Assembly (NCBI GenBank): GCA_963846495.1
Contig: CAWJWP010000016.1
Coordinates: forward strand, 213,879-277,878
DNA: 64,000 bases
Direction: 5' to 3'
Source: Thermoanaerobaculia bacterium
Lineage (GTDB): Bacteria; Acidobacteriota; Thermoanaerobaculia; Multivoradales; JAIOJS01
Each line of letters starts with the position of its first letter. Position 1 is the stretch's first letter. Made by a program: the position numbers and the translations under genes. The notes below the pieces were generated by a model. That model made no database searches, was not told where the DNA came from, and was given only the letters and a program-made list of their open reading frames with translations. Of the stretch, positions 1 through 12,349 are shown in pieces.

Positions 1-1
1 C

Positions 2-925
<924 letters not shown>

Positions 926-1011
926 CGCGCGCCGCGCCTAACCCTCTCGGGGTCGCGCGTGAGCGCGAGCCCGAGTGACCGCAGGTCGCGCGAGCGTTGG
1001 GCGAGCGCGAC

Positions 1012-1572
1012 TTAGAACTTGACCGCCACGCCAGCCAGGCCAGTGGCGAAGAGCGGCGACTCGTCGAAGTCGACGTAGTGGGCCGAGATCTGCCCCAGCA
1101 AGGCGAAGCGGCGGGTGAGCTCGAACTCGCCGGTGACGCCGCCGGTGATGCCGAGGGCGGCGTCGTCGTCGTCGGCCCCGGTCGGTCCGCCGGCGAGGCC
1201 CGACAGCCGATAACCGCCGATGCCGAGGAAGATCCCCGAGTCGTACCAGTTCCTGTAGTAGCGGTACTCGCCCGAGATCGTCGCGTACTCGAGCTGCGGG
1301 TCGAAGAAGTCGCCCAGCTGGTCGGCGCTGTCGAAGTCGATGCGGCCGAGGCGCACCTGGAGCAGCGTGCGCGGCTCGGTGACGATCCCGAGTTGGAATT
1401 CGAGCGACCGGTGGCTCAGGCCCGGGTCGGGCGGATCGGCGTCGAGCGGGCCGCCGGCGCCGCCGAGGAGGCCGATGCTGAACAGGTCGGGGTCGGCGGC
1501 CTGCGCTGGCACCGCGACGAGCAGACCCATCGCCAGCACCGCCAGCCACCCGATCGTGCGCGCTCTTCGCAT
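1012..1572 (-). CDS. Small outer-membrane beta-barrel protein (OmpA-like barrel / OmpW-like)
   Basis: Internal ATG at 1572 is preceded by AGGAGG. It has a signal peptide (MRRARTIGWLAVLAMGLLVAVPAQA), a Gly/Tyr-rich barrel sequence and a C-terminal Phe. The longer 310-aa ORF upstream looks like a high-GC artefact. Confidence 0.6.
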   Translation of the reverse strand: MRRARTIGWLAVLAMGLLVAVPAQAADPDLFSIGLLGGAGGPLDADPPDPGLSHRSLEFQLGIVTEPRTLLQVRLGRIDFDSADQLGDFFDPQLEYATISGEYRYYRNWYDSGIFLGIGGYRLSGLAGGPTGADDDDAALGITGGVTGEFELTRRFALLGQISAHYVDFDESPLFATGLAGVAVKF

Positions 1573-1684
1573 CCCGAAGTTCCTCCTGCCGCCCGCCATC
1601 GCGCTCCGGCCGTCCGAAGGCGCGCAAGTATAGCCGCGCGTTTTCCGTCTGATTACGCGGCAGCGAGAGGTGTACGGACGAACG

Positions 1685-2443
1685 ATGCTCGCCGTCTGGT
1701 CGGAGGTCTCCGAGCGCGCGCTGGCGGCGGTCTTCCCCGCTCCCTGCGCGGGCTGCGGCATGGCACTGCCGTGGCGGGCGCCGCTCGCGCTCTGCGACGG
1801 ATGCCGGCCGCGGCTGCGCGCCCCGCTGCAGCCGGCGTGTCGCGGTTGCGGGCGGCCGATGCTCGGCGCTGCGACCGGCGGCGTCGACGGTGGGCCGCTG
1901 TGCGGCGCCTGCCGACGTCGACCGCCGCCGTGGATAGCGCTCACGGCCGCCTATCTCTACCTGCCACCGCTCGTCGGTGTCGTGCGGGCGCTCAAGTTCG
2001 GCCGCGCCGAGCACCTGGGCGAGTCTCTCGCGGCAACGCTGGCGTCGCGCTGCGAACCGTGGGCGGAGCACGTCGACGTCGTGACGCCGGTGCCGCTCGC
2101 ATGGACGCGACTCGTCGTCCGCGGCTACAACCAGGCGGAAGCGATCGCGCGGCCGCTGGCGCGCACGCTCGGGTTGCCGTGCCGCCGGTTGTTGCGCCGG
2201 CGGCCGCGTCCGCGGCAAGCGCTGCTGTCGCGCGCCGAGCGGCGCCGCAACCTGCGCGGCGCCTTCGCGGCGCGCACTTGCCTGCCCGCAGGTGCGCGCG
2301 TGTTGCTCGTCGACGACGTGATGACGACCGGCGCCACGCTCGCCGCCGCGGCGCTGGCGTTACGACGCGCCGGCGTCGCGAGCGTTCACGCCGCGGTGGT
2401 CGCGCGCACGCCCGACGTCACCTGGGGCGAGCCCGAACGCTGA
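1685..2443 (+). CDS. comF: ComF family protein (double zinc ribbon plus phosphoribosyltransferase domain)
   Basis: Two CxxC pairs at the N-terminus and the PRTase motif VLLVDDVMTTGATL. The start is ambiguous between GTG 1670 and ATG 1685. Confidence 0.8.
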   Translation: MLAVWSEVSERALAAVFPAPCAGCGMALPWRAPLALCDGCRPRLRAPLQPACRGCGRPMLGAATGGVDGGPLCGACRRRPPPWIALTAAYLYLPPLVGVVRALKFGRAEHLGESLAATLASRCEPWAEHVDVVTPVPLAWTRLVVRGYNQAEAIARPLARTLGLPCRRLLRRRPRPRQALLSRAERRRNLRGAFAARTCLPAGARVLLVDDVMTTGATLAAAALALRRAGVASVHAAVVARTPDVTWGEPER

Positions 2444-2483
2444 TCGCCGATCACCCGAGCTGATAACCGTCGATCGAGGACGC

Positions 2484-5126
2484 TCACTCCGCGCGCAACG
2501 CCGCCTGCGGCGCCAAGCGCGCGGCGGACATCGCCGGCAGCCAGCTGGCGAAGAGCGCCACCGCCGCGAGCAACGCCGGAATGACGACGAAGGTCGCGAG
2601 GTCGTGCGGCGTCACTTCGTAGAGTAGGTCCCCGAGCAGACGCGACGCCGGCAGCGCGACGAGAAGGCCGAGCGCGATGCCGCGCAGCGCCAGCCGTGCG
2701 CCTTGGCCGACCACGACGCCCATCACCTGCCCACGCGTCGCGCCGAGCGCCACCCGCACGCCGATCTCGCGGCGCCGCTGCGCCACCGTGTACGCCACGA
2801 CGCCGTAGAGCCCGACCAGCGAGAGCAACAGCGCGAGCATGGCGAAGACGCCGAGCATCTGCCCCTGCAGGCGTTGGCGCCAGAGCGTGCGCGCCACTCT
2901 CTCGTCGAGGGTCTCGATGCGGTAAGCCGGCACGTCGCGGTCGAGGCCGCGCAGCACGTCGCGCACGGCCGGTAGCAGGCTCGCCGGGTCCTCGAGCCGC
3001 GTGCGCAGCACCAATGTCTCGGTGCCGCTCGACCAGGCGTGGAATGGGTAGTACATCGCCGGTCCCATCGGCTGCGGCAGCCGGTAGTGGCGGTAGTCGC
3101 GCACGACGCCGACGATCGTCGCCCACGGGTCCTCGCTCGCGAGGTCGCCGAGCTTGACGCGGGCGCCCAAGGGATCGCCATCGCCGAAGGCCGCGCGCGC
3201 AAAGCTTTCGTTGACGACGACCGCGGGCGCGTCCGCGTCGTCGTCGGCAGCGGTGAGCCCGCGGCCGCGCAGGAGCGCCACGCCCATGGCGCGGAAGAAG
3301 CCCGGTGTGACGTTCTGGTAGAGCGAGACGACCTCTTGGCCCGGCGGCGGAGCGGGCCGGCCCTCGACCGAGGTTCCCGCTTGCACGTCCCAACCGGAGA
3401 AGGGCGTGCCCTGCGCCGCGCCTACGGCGTCGACGCCGGGAAGGCCGCCGAGCCGCGCCAACAGCTGGTCGTAGAACGCCACCCGCTGCGCGTGGTGCGG
3501 GTAGCGCGTCTTGGGCAGGGTGACGCGGAAGGAGAGGACGCCACGCGGCGCGAAACCGAGATCGGTGCCGGCGAGCGCCAGGTAGCTCTTCACCAGCAAG
3601 CCAGCGCAGGTCATCAGCACCAGCGACAGCGCGACCTCGACGACGACCAGGCCGGCGCGCAGGCGCACGCGCTTGCGGCCTTCGCCGGCGCCGGCGGCGC
3701 CGTCGCGCAACGCGCTGCCGAGCTGCAGGTCGCCGGCTCGCCAAGCCGGCAGCAGACCGAACAGCGCCGCCGTGACGAAAGCGAGCAAAGCCACGAACGC
3801 GAGCACGGTGCGATCGACGCCGAGCGTGACGAAGAACGGCACATCGTCGGGGAAGGCGCGGCCCGCGAAGCGCACTCCCACGGCGGCGAGCGCACCGCCG
3901 AGCAGCGCCCCGAAGATGGCGATCGTCAGGCTCTCGGTGAGCAGCTGCCGCACGACGCGTCCACGCCCGGCTCCGATCGTGGCGCGCACGGCGAGCTCGC
4001 GGCTGCGCGCCGCGCCGCGCACGAGCGACAGGTTGGCGACGTTGGCGCAGGCGATGAGCAGCACGCAGACGACGGCGCCGAGGAGGACGAGCAGCGGCCG
4101 CTGCAGGTTGCCCACCAAGTCCTCGCGCAGCGGCACGAGCTCGGCTTCCCATTCGCGGTTGTCCTCGGGGTGCGCACGCGCGAGGTCGCGCGAGATGCGC
4201 GCCATCTCGGCCCGCGCCGCTTCGAGCGTCACGCCGGGGCGCAGCCGGCCGAGGGCGCCGGCGTAGAAGCGATTGCCGTGCGCGTCGTTCACGAGGTCGC
4301 GCACCAGCGGACGCCACGCCTGCCCGGTCTCGGGGAAGGCGAAGCGCTCCGGCATGACGCCGACGACCGTGTACGGCACGCCGTCGACGTCGACGCGACG
4401 GCCGAGCACGCCGCGATCGCCGCCGAAGCGGCGCTGCCACAGACCCCACGACAGCAGCAGCACGTGCTCGCGGCCGCCGCCGTCCTCGCCGGCGACGAAG
4501 CCGCGGCCCACCGCGGGCGTTACCCCGAGCAGCGGGAAAAGGTTGGTGGTGACGTCGGCTGCCTCGACGCGCTCCGCCTCGCCGTCGCCAGAGAGCGTGA
4601 GCGTGCTCCATGTCCACATCCCCAGCTGCGCGAAGCTGCGGCTCTCGCGCTGCCAGACGTCGAAATCGGGCCGCGAGATGTTGACGCCGTGCTCGTCGCG
4701 CTTCGGGTTCGCCGCGTAGACGGATACGAGCTGCTCGGCGTCGGGGAAAGGCAGCGGCCGCAGCAGCACGCCGTTGACGACGCCGAAGATGGTGGTGGTG
4801 ACGCCGACGCCGAGCCCGACGCAGAGGACCGCCATGACGCTGAACGCTGGGGCGCGCCGCAGGCTGCGCAGCGAATAGCGCAAATCGCGCCCGAAGTCCT
4901 CGAGCCAGGGCGGTCGGCGCGCCTCCCAACCTTCCTCGCGGAAGCGGTCGACCCCGCCGAAGGCGACGAGCGCGCGACGTCGCGCTTCGTCGGGCGCCAC
5001 GCCGCGCCGCGCCAGCTCCTCGGTCTCGAGGTCGACGTGCTGACGCATCTCCTCTTCCATCTCGCGAAAGGCGCGCTGTCGCCGCTCGGTCGACAGCCGC
5101 GTACGGGTTCGGCTCCACCAGCTCAT
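2484..5126 (-). CDS. ABC transporter permease, duplicated FtsX/MacB-like (ADOP family)
   Basis: 880 aa, with two FtsX-type 4-TM modules each preceded by a periplasmic domain. The N-terminus (MSWWSRTRTRLSTERRQRAFREMEEEMRQH) is the typical ADOP signature, and the gene sits directly downstream of a PadR gene. Confidence 0.85.
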   Translation of the reverse strand: MSWWSRTRTRLSTERRQRAFREMEEEMRQHVDLETEELARRGVAPDEARRRALVAFGGVDRFREEGWEARRPPWLEDFGRDLRYSLRSLRRAPAFSVMAVLCVGLGVGVTTTIFGVVNGVLLRPLPFPDAEQLVSVYAANPKRDEHGVNISRPDFDVWQRESRSFAQLGMWTWSTLTLSGDGEAERVEAADVTTNLFPLLGVTPAVGRGFVAGEDGGGREHVLLLSWGLWQRRFGGDRGVLGRRVDVDGVPYTVVGVMPERFAFPETGQAWRPLVRDLVNDAHGNRFYAGALGRLRPGVTLEAARAEMARISRDLARAHPEDNREWEAELVPLREDLVGNLQRPLLVLLGAVVCVLLIACANVANLSLVRGAARSRELAVRATIGAGRGRVVRQLLTESLTIAIFGALLGGALAAVGVRFAGRAFPDDVPFFVTLGVDRTVLAFVALLAFVTAALFGLLPAWRAGDLQLGSALRDGAAGAGEGRKRVRLRAGLVVVEVALSLVLMTCAGLLVKSYLALAGTDLGFAPRGVLSFRVTLPKTRYPHHAQRVAFYDQLLARLGGLPGVDAVGAAQGTPFSGWDVQAGTSVEGRPAPPPGQEVVSLYQNVTPGFFRAMGVALLRGRGLTAADDDADAPAVVVNESFARAAFGDGDPLGARVKLGDLASEDPWATIVGVVRDYRHYRLPQPMGPAMYYPFHAWSSGTETLVLRTRLEDPASLLPAVRDVLRGLDRDVPAYRIETLDERVARTLWRQRLQGQMLGVFAMLALLLSLVGLYGVVAYTVAQRRREIGVRVALGATRGQVMGVVVGQGARLALRGIALGLLVALPASRLLGDLLYEVTPHDLATFVVIPALLAAVALFASWLPAMSAARLAPQAALRAE

Positions 5127-5150
5127 CGTCGGATCTCCTGGTTGGCGGGC

Positions 5151-5489
5151 TCAGGTGGCGGCGAGGACGCGCTCGACGGCGCCGGCGAAGAGCTTCCAGC
5201 CGTCGCGTTCCTCGGCGAAGCGGCGCCGCCCTTTGGGGGTCAGCCGGTAGAGCTTGGCGCGGCGCCCCTCGGGCGAGACGCCCCACTCGGCGGCGATCCA
5301 TCCCCTCTCCTCGAGGCGATAGAGCGCCGGGTAGAGCGAGCCCTGGTTGACCTGCAGCACCTCGTCGGAGAGCTGCCGGATCCGCTTGCTGATGCCCCAG
5401 CCGTGGAGCGGCTCGAGCAGCAGCGTCTTCAAGATGAGCAGGTCGAGGCTCCCCTGCAGCAGGTCGGCGCGGTCGCGGTCGTCGCTCAT
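5151..5489 (-). CDS. PadR family transcriptional regulator
   Basis: Winged-helix PadR signature (LLQGSLDLLILKTLLLEPLHGWGISKRI...GSLYPALYRLEERGWI). ATG near 5489 is preceded by GAGGA; the TTG at 5519 is an unlikely alternative start. Confidence 0.85.
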   Translation of the reverse strand: MSDDRDRADLLQGSLDLLILKTLLLEPLHGWGISKRIRQLSDEVLQVNQGSLYPALYRLEERGWIAAEWGVSPEGRRAKLYRLTPKGRRRFAEERDGWKLFAGAVERVLAAT

Positions 5490-5529
5490 CGTGCGGTCCT
5501 CGTCGCGGGTCGTGCTCAATGCCTAGACA

Positions 5530-5557
5530 CTCGACAATTGTGCGCCGGGTATTGTCG
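5530..5557. promoter_or_regulatory. Candidate PadR operator: 8-bp inverted repeat TCGACAAT-N12-ATTGTCGA
   Basis: A perfect inverted repeat seen directly in the padR/OMP divergent intergenic region, about 40-70 bp upstream of padR. A related half-site palindrome TTGTCgattGACAA lies at 5638..5651. Confidence 0.45.
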
Positions 5558-5698
5558 AACGTCAAGGTATCGGCGTCGATGGCGATCGCGTCTGGGGGAA
5601 TCAGCCCTGGGCGACTACCGGTTATCACCGCTAATGACTTGTCGATTGACAACGCCTTGCAGCGGTGCTTAGGATGGTCGACGTTGGGGAGTCTCTCT

Positions 5699-7669
5699 AT
5701 GCCCCCTAGCCGCCAAGTCCTCTCGGGCGCACTGCTGATGGCCGCTGTTCTCACGCCGGCGGCGTGGGCGGTCGAGCCGCCGCCGCCCGACTCGGGAGTT
5801 CGCGGCCGCGTGAGCGCCGAGCGCACCAGCAAGGAAGCGGCTTCGCCGCTCGGGCGCGCCACGGTCTTCGCCTACGAGCTGGCGCGCGCCTCGGTGACCA
5901 AGGCGACGACCGGCACCGACGGCGCCTTCCGCTTCGACGGTCTGCCCGCCGGCGTCTACAAGCTGATCGCCTTCAAGGTCGGCTACGAGCCCGGCGTGGT
6001 GCTGCTCTCGCGCGCCGCCGCCGAGGCGGTGCAGTTCGTCGATCTCAAGCTCGCCGCCGAGCAGCACGACGAGAAGGCCGGCGAAGACTTCTGGTCGGTG
6101 CGCGACCAGATCCCGCCTGACGTGCTGCGCGAGCTCGAGGGGGTTCGCCTCGCCGAGCTCACCCGCGCCGGCGCGCCGACCCTCGGCGACAACGACCTGC
6201 GCGCTTTCCACACCGCCCTCAAGGCGATGACCGGCGTCGACAACGCGCCCGGCGGCGCCGCCCAGCTCGCCGGCGCCGGCATCGACATGAAGGGGAGCAT
6301 CGGCTCCATGCGCGTCGGCGTGAGCGGCGAGTTCTGGCGCATGGCGGGCCCGGACGACGCGTCCATCGGCACCGCTCCGCAGGGACAGGCCACCGCGCTC
6401 GCCGTCCGCATGACCGGCACCGGCGAGGGACGGCTCGACGTCACCACGGTGAGTCACCGCATCGGCGACGACACCTCGGTCGACGACGGCAGCGCCGACT
6501 TCGAGCGCTACCGCGTGAGCTGGTCGCAGCCCATCGGCGAGCGCAGCCGGTCGCGGTTCCAGGCGCAGTACACCAGCCAGAGCAACTTCCTGCGCGCGGC
6601 GGGCGCCGACGCGTTTGGCAACACCACGTCGCGGGCGCTCAATCTCGAAGGTTCCTACCAGATCGAGCTGTCCGACCGCAGCTCGCTCGAAACCGGCCTG
6701 CGCTACCGCGAGCGTGACGGCGGCTACCGCGCCGTCGAGCGCCTCGCCGACCAGGAGCGCGCCCTCGAGCTGTTCGGCAAGGGCGGCTGGCGGTACCAGC
6801 CCAGCGTGCTGGTCGAGTACGGCCTCTACACCCAGCTCCGCGACGGCAGCATGGCGCTCGCCCCGCAGGGCGGCGTGGTGGTGCAGCTCGGCGACCGCTG
6901 GCAGGCGGTGACGAGCGCCAGCCACCGGATCGACCAGGGGGAGGCGCGGCCGCTCGACGCCTTCACTCCGGTGCGCTTCGCCACCGTCGCGCAGGACCCC
7001 GCCGGCCGCGGCTGCCAGGACCTCGAGGCCCACTGCTACCGCGTGCTGCTGGCGCGCCAGGGCGAGGCCGAGGACACCACCTTCGCCGTCGGCGCCCTGC
7101 ACCGCGAGCTCGCGGAGACCGTCCACCTCTACTTCGACGACGACTTCTTCGACCACCTCGAGAGCCTCTACCTCGTGCAGGGCGACGAGCTCCCCGAGGT
7201 GCAGATGGTGGTCGAGCGCCGCGTCGCTCCGCGGGTGCTGGCGCGGCTCGAGTCGAGCTACGCCGAGGGCGGCGGCGGCCTCATCTACGCCGTCGACGAC
7301 AAGCCGTACGAGAACCGGGTGAGCTACCTGGTGACCTCGCTCGACACCCGCTTCCAGGCGAGCTCGACCGGCGTGTTCCTGGCCTTCCATCACCTGACCC
7401 AGGGCGTCGCCCCGATGACCACCGTTGCCAGCAACAGCAACGGCCAGAAGCGGTTCAACTCCGTCGGCCTGCCAGAGATGGAGCTCGACCGGGTGCAGCT
7501 GATGCTGTCGCAGGACCTCAACGCGCTGATGAGGATGGCCGCCGACTGGGCGCTGCACCTCAACTTCGAGGTCAGCCGCGGCTCGCTGCCGTTCACCCTA
7601 CAGAACGCCGACGCGAGCGACGACGACGTCCGGCGGCGCGTGACCGGCGGCCTCTCGGTCCGGTTCTAA
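5699..7669 (+). CDS. Outer-membrane protein with N-terminal carboxypeptidase-regulatory-like (CarbopepD_reg) domain
   Basis: ATG 5699 is followed by a signal peptide (MPPSRQVLSGALLMAAVLTPAAWA). A CarbopepD_reg-like stretch (GRVSAE...TDGAFRFDGLPAGVYKLIAFKVGYEP) is followed by a long beta-rich region ending in C-terminal Phe (...GGLSVRF). No TonB plug was recognised. Confidence 0.6.
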   Translation: MPPSRQVLSGALLMAAVLTPAAWAVEPPPPDSGVRGRVSAERTSKEAASPLGRATVFAYELARASVTKATTGTDGAFRFDGLPAGVYKLIAFKVGYEPGVVLLSRAAAEAVQFVDLKLAAEQHDEKAGEDFWSVRDQIPPDVLRELEGVRLAELTRAGAPTLGDNDLRAFHTALKAMTGVDNAPGGAAQLAGAGIDMKGSIGSMRVGVSGEFWRMAGPDDASIGTAPQGQATALAVRMTGTGEGRLDVTTVSHRIGDDTSVDDGSADFERYRVSWSQPIGERSRSRFQAQYTSQSNFLRAAGADAFGNTTSRALNLEGSYQIELSDRSSLETGLRYRERDGGYRAVERLADQERALELFGKGGWRYQPSVLVEYGLYTQLRDGSMALAPQGGVVVQLGDRWQAVTSASHRIDQGEARPLDAFTPVRFATVAQDPAGRGCQDLEAHCYRVLLARQGEAEDTTFAVGALHRELAETVHLYFDDDFFDHLESLYLVQGDELPEVQMVVERRVAPRVLARLESSYAEGGGGLIYAVDDKPYENRVSYLVTSLDTRFQASSTGVFLAFHHLTQGVAPMTTVASNSNGQKRFNSVGLPEMELDRVQLMLSQDLNALMRMAADWALHLNFEVSRGSLPFTLQNADASDDDVRRRVTGGLSVRF

Positions 7670-8000
7670 CCGGCCGCTGCCTTCGAGTCGACGTGAGCCG
7701 GCCGCTTCGGCGGCCTTCCGGCACGCTCGCGGCAAGCGTTCGCGTCGGTTTCTTTCCGCCGCACTCCGCCCGTTCGCTCGACGCACCGCAAGTGCAGCGA
7801 AGCGTTCGGGATCCGTTCGTCTGGATCCAATTTCCTGAACGGCCGCTAGAATCTTGAAGCTCCTCGGCGGTTTGGTGACACCGGACGCCGGCACCAAACC
7901 CACGCCCCGCGAGGAGCCGGCGATCATGGCGGCGCCCGAACCCGTAACTCCTTCCCGTGGCACACTTCCTGCGATCGCGCGAGGCGGAGCCGTGCAGTCC

Positions 8001-10815
8001 ATGCCCCGTCGTCTCGCGACCGCCGGCCCCCGACTGCTCCTCGCAGCCGCGTTGGCGGTCGCGGTGGCGTTGGTGGGCGCCGTCGACCTTTTCCGCAAGG
8101 TCGAAAGCTTCCGTCCGTTGGGCTTCACCGCCCACGCGCGCGCCGGAGCGTGGCGGGTCACCGCCGTCGACGACCCCGCGACCGGCCTCCAGGTGGGCGA
8201 CGCCATCGTGCTCATTGGCGGCGCCGACACCGGCAAGGGGACCGAGGTCCGCCAGCGCCTGCTCGCCGGCGACACGACCATGGTCACCGTCGTGCGCGGC
8301 AGCGAGCCGGTGGTCGTTCCGTATCAGCGGCCGTCGGTGCGCGTCGACTTCCTCTACCTGGCGCTCGCCGGCGCCGGCATCCTCTACCTGATCATCGGCC
8401 TCTACTCCCTGCTGCACGGCCGCCGCTCGCCGTCTGGGGTGTTCTTCCTCTGGGCGGTCGCCTCGGCGGCGGTCTACCTCTGTACGCGGGTGCCCGGCAT
8501 GCCGCTCGACGGGCTCGGCAAGGCGAGCTACGGCGTCGAGGAGCTCGGCCGCCTGCTACTGCCGCCGCTGACGCTCCATCTCTTCCTGATCTTCCCGGTG
8601 CCGGTGCTGCGCCGGCGCCTGCGGCGCTTGGTGCCGTTCCTCTACGTGCCCGCGGCGGCGCTCGTGACGCTGCAAGCGGACCTCGTCTTCAACCGCGGCC
8701 GCTGGTTCTTCGGCGGCCTGCGCAAGGAGTCGCTCGCCGCCTTCGACCGCTTGGAGCTCGGCCTCCTCGCCGTCTTCTCGCTCGCCGCCCTCGTCGCCCT
8801 CGTCTGGCAGCTGCGGCGACGGCACGGCTGGGAGCAGCGGCGGCAGCTGCAGTGGGTGGTGCTCGGCCTCGCCGGCGGCTACCTGCCGTTCATCGCCCTC
8901 TACGGCCTGCCGGCGCTGCTGCACCTGCAGCTGCCCGCTTGGACCGCGGCAGCCGCGGCCGCACCGCTGGTGCTGGTGCCGCTCACCTTCGCCTGGGCGC
9001 TGCTGCGCTTCCGGCTGTGGGACATGGAGCTCATCCTGCGCGGCGCCGTCTCCTACACCGCGACGCTGCTGCTCGGCGTGCTCTCGTTCTCGCTCCTCCA
9101 CCTCGCCATCACGCGCGGCCTGCCCGTGGAGCAGGGCCTGGCGCGGACGGCGCTCTCCTTCGTCTCCGGCCTCGCCATCGCGGCCGTGCTGGTGCCCGCC
9201 GAGCGGCGGGTGCGCTCGGGCATCGAGCGGCTGCAGCACCGCGGCACCTTCGCCCAGCGGCGGGCGCTGCGCGAGCTCGGCCGCGAGCTGCTCGAAGAGC
9301 GCGACCTGCCGCGGCTGTGCGAGCGCCTGCAGCAGCGGCTCTCGGAAGGGCTCGGCCTGCACGAGGTGGCGCTCTACCTCGCCGACGGCGAGCAGCTGCG
9401 GCTCGTCGCCAGCCTGAGCGACCTCGCTCATCACGATGAGGTTCCGGACGCCAGCGCGAGCCCGCCGCCGCCGGCCTTGATTCCCGCCGGCGAGCTCGCC
9501 GAGGTCTGGGGGCTGCAAGTGGCCCGGCTCGCCTCGGCCGGCCTTCCCGGCGTGGCGCCGCAAGGGCCTCGAGCGGCTCTACGCCGGCGGCTTCCGCTAC
9601 GCCTTCCCGCTCGTCGAGCCGCCGCCGCCCGGTCGCCCTCCTCCTCACCGCCGGCCGCCTCGACGGCGAGCCGCTCAACAGCGAGGAGCTCGACCTCCTG
9701 CGCGTGGTGCTCGACCAGACCGCGCTGGCGCTCGAGAACGCGCGACTGGTCGAGGAGCTGCGCAACCGCCTCGCCGAGGTCACCCGACTCAAGCAGGAGA
9801 GCGAGTCGATCCTCGAGTCCTCCCCCGCCGGCATCGTCGTCCTCGACGGCGAAGAGCGCGTCGTCTCCGCCAACGGCGCCTTCGCGCGCCTCGTCGGCCG
9901 CGGCCGCGAGCAGCTCCTCGGCAAGGACCTCGCCGACGTGCTGCCGGTCGAGCCGCTGCCCGGCCCCGGCGAGGCGCTGCGCGAGGTCTCCTACTGCGAG
10001 CCCGACGGCCGCGAGCGCCACCTCCAGCTCTCGCTCGCCGCCTGCGGCCGCGCCGCCGACGACCTGCGCGTGCTGGTCGTGCACGACGTCTCCGAACGGG
10101 TGGCGATGGAGAACCAGCTCAAGGAGAAGGACCGCCTCGCCGCCCTCGGCATGCTCGCCGCCGGCGTCGCCCACGAGGTGAACACGCCGATCACCGGCAT
10201 CTCGAGCTACGCCCAGATGCTGCTCGCCGAGACGCCGAGCGACGACCCGCGCTACGAGCTCCTGCGCAAGGTCGAGAAGCAAACCTTCCGCGCCGCCAAC
10301 ATCGTCAACGACCTGCTCGAGTTCGCGCGCGACAGGAAGCAGGAGCACCGCACGCTCGCCCTCGCCGGGGTCGTGCGGGACGCGCTCGAGTCGCTCGACG
10401 ACCGGCTGCGCCAAGCGCCGATCGAGCTGCTCTGGCAGCCGCCGTCCAATGGACCGATCGTGCGCGGCGGCGACCAGGAGCTGCAGCAGGTGTTCGTCAA
10501 CCTGATCGGCAACGCGGTCGACGCCATGGGCGAGCGCGGCGGCCGGCTCGAGCTGACGGTGACGAGCGAAGGCGACCGCGCCGTCGCCGCCGTCGCCGAC
10601 AGCGGCCCCGGCATCCCCAAGGCCGAGCAGGAGCGCGTCTTCCGGCCCTTCTACTCGACCAAGCTCGCCAGCGGCGGCACCGGCCTCGGCCTCTCGATCA
10701 GCTACCAGATCGTGCGCCGCCACGGCGGCGACCTGCGCGTCGAGAGCGAGCCCGGCCGCGGCAGCCGCTTCGTCGTCGAGCTGCCGCTCCTCGACGGCGA
10801 CGCCACCGGAGGCCT

Positions 10816-10822
<7 letters not shown>
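8001..10822 (+). CDS. Membrane sensor histidine kinase (multi-TM sensor, GAF, PAS, HisKA, HATPase_c), disrupted by two +1 frame changes near 9550-9640
   Basis: The N-terminal part is in frame 0 (signal/TM segments). The frame 2 part from 9704 contains GAF-end, PAS, an H-box (AHEVNTPITGI) and G-boxes (DSGPGIP...GGTGLGLS). The junction reads ...LPGVAPQ/GLERLYAGGFRYAFPLVEPPPPGRP/VALLLTAGRLDGEP across three frames. Confidence 0.7.
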
Positions 10823-12192
<1,370 letters not shown>

Positions 12193-12349
12193 TCGCCCGT
12201 CTGCGTTCCGCCTCGCTGCCTGTTTCGCTACCCAGCTCGCAGCGTTCCTCGCTGCTCCGCTCGCCGGCGCTGCCACGACGCCGGCATCTGATCGCCTGCG
12301 CCGGCCGTCGCTAGACTCCCGCCGCGCAGTTTTGGGAGGTTCCGTTCGC

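Noticed and set aside
938-2463. Long overlapping ORFs 938..2218(-) and 997..2463(+), plus many similar antisense ORFs elsewhere (3039..5672, 5669..7558, 10702..12351, 12593..14794, 12610..14796, 15561..18689, 18599..19630, 26600..28072, 35723..38008, 41844..43775, 46588..48789, 48913..50289)
   Set aside because: Arg/Ala/Pro-rich low-complexity translations typical of stop-codon-poor high-GC DNA. Each lies antisense to, or out of frame with, a gene carrying clear family signatures.
9540-9640. Programmed ribosomal frameshifting as an explanation for the frame changes in the kinase and other genes
   Set aside because: There is no slippery heptamer or downstream pseudoknot pattern. The same +1-insertion signature occurs in many unrelated genes, which points to sequence error.
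12193-12349. Search for a sigma54 -24/-12 promoter upstream of the M14 peptidase gene (for example GGCATctgatCGC)
   Set aside because: The best candidate has a 9-nt rather than 10-nt spacing, and no other TGGC-N8-TTGC match is present. It is not reported as a feature.
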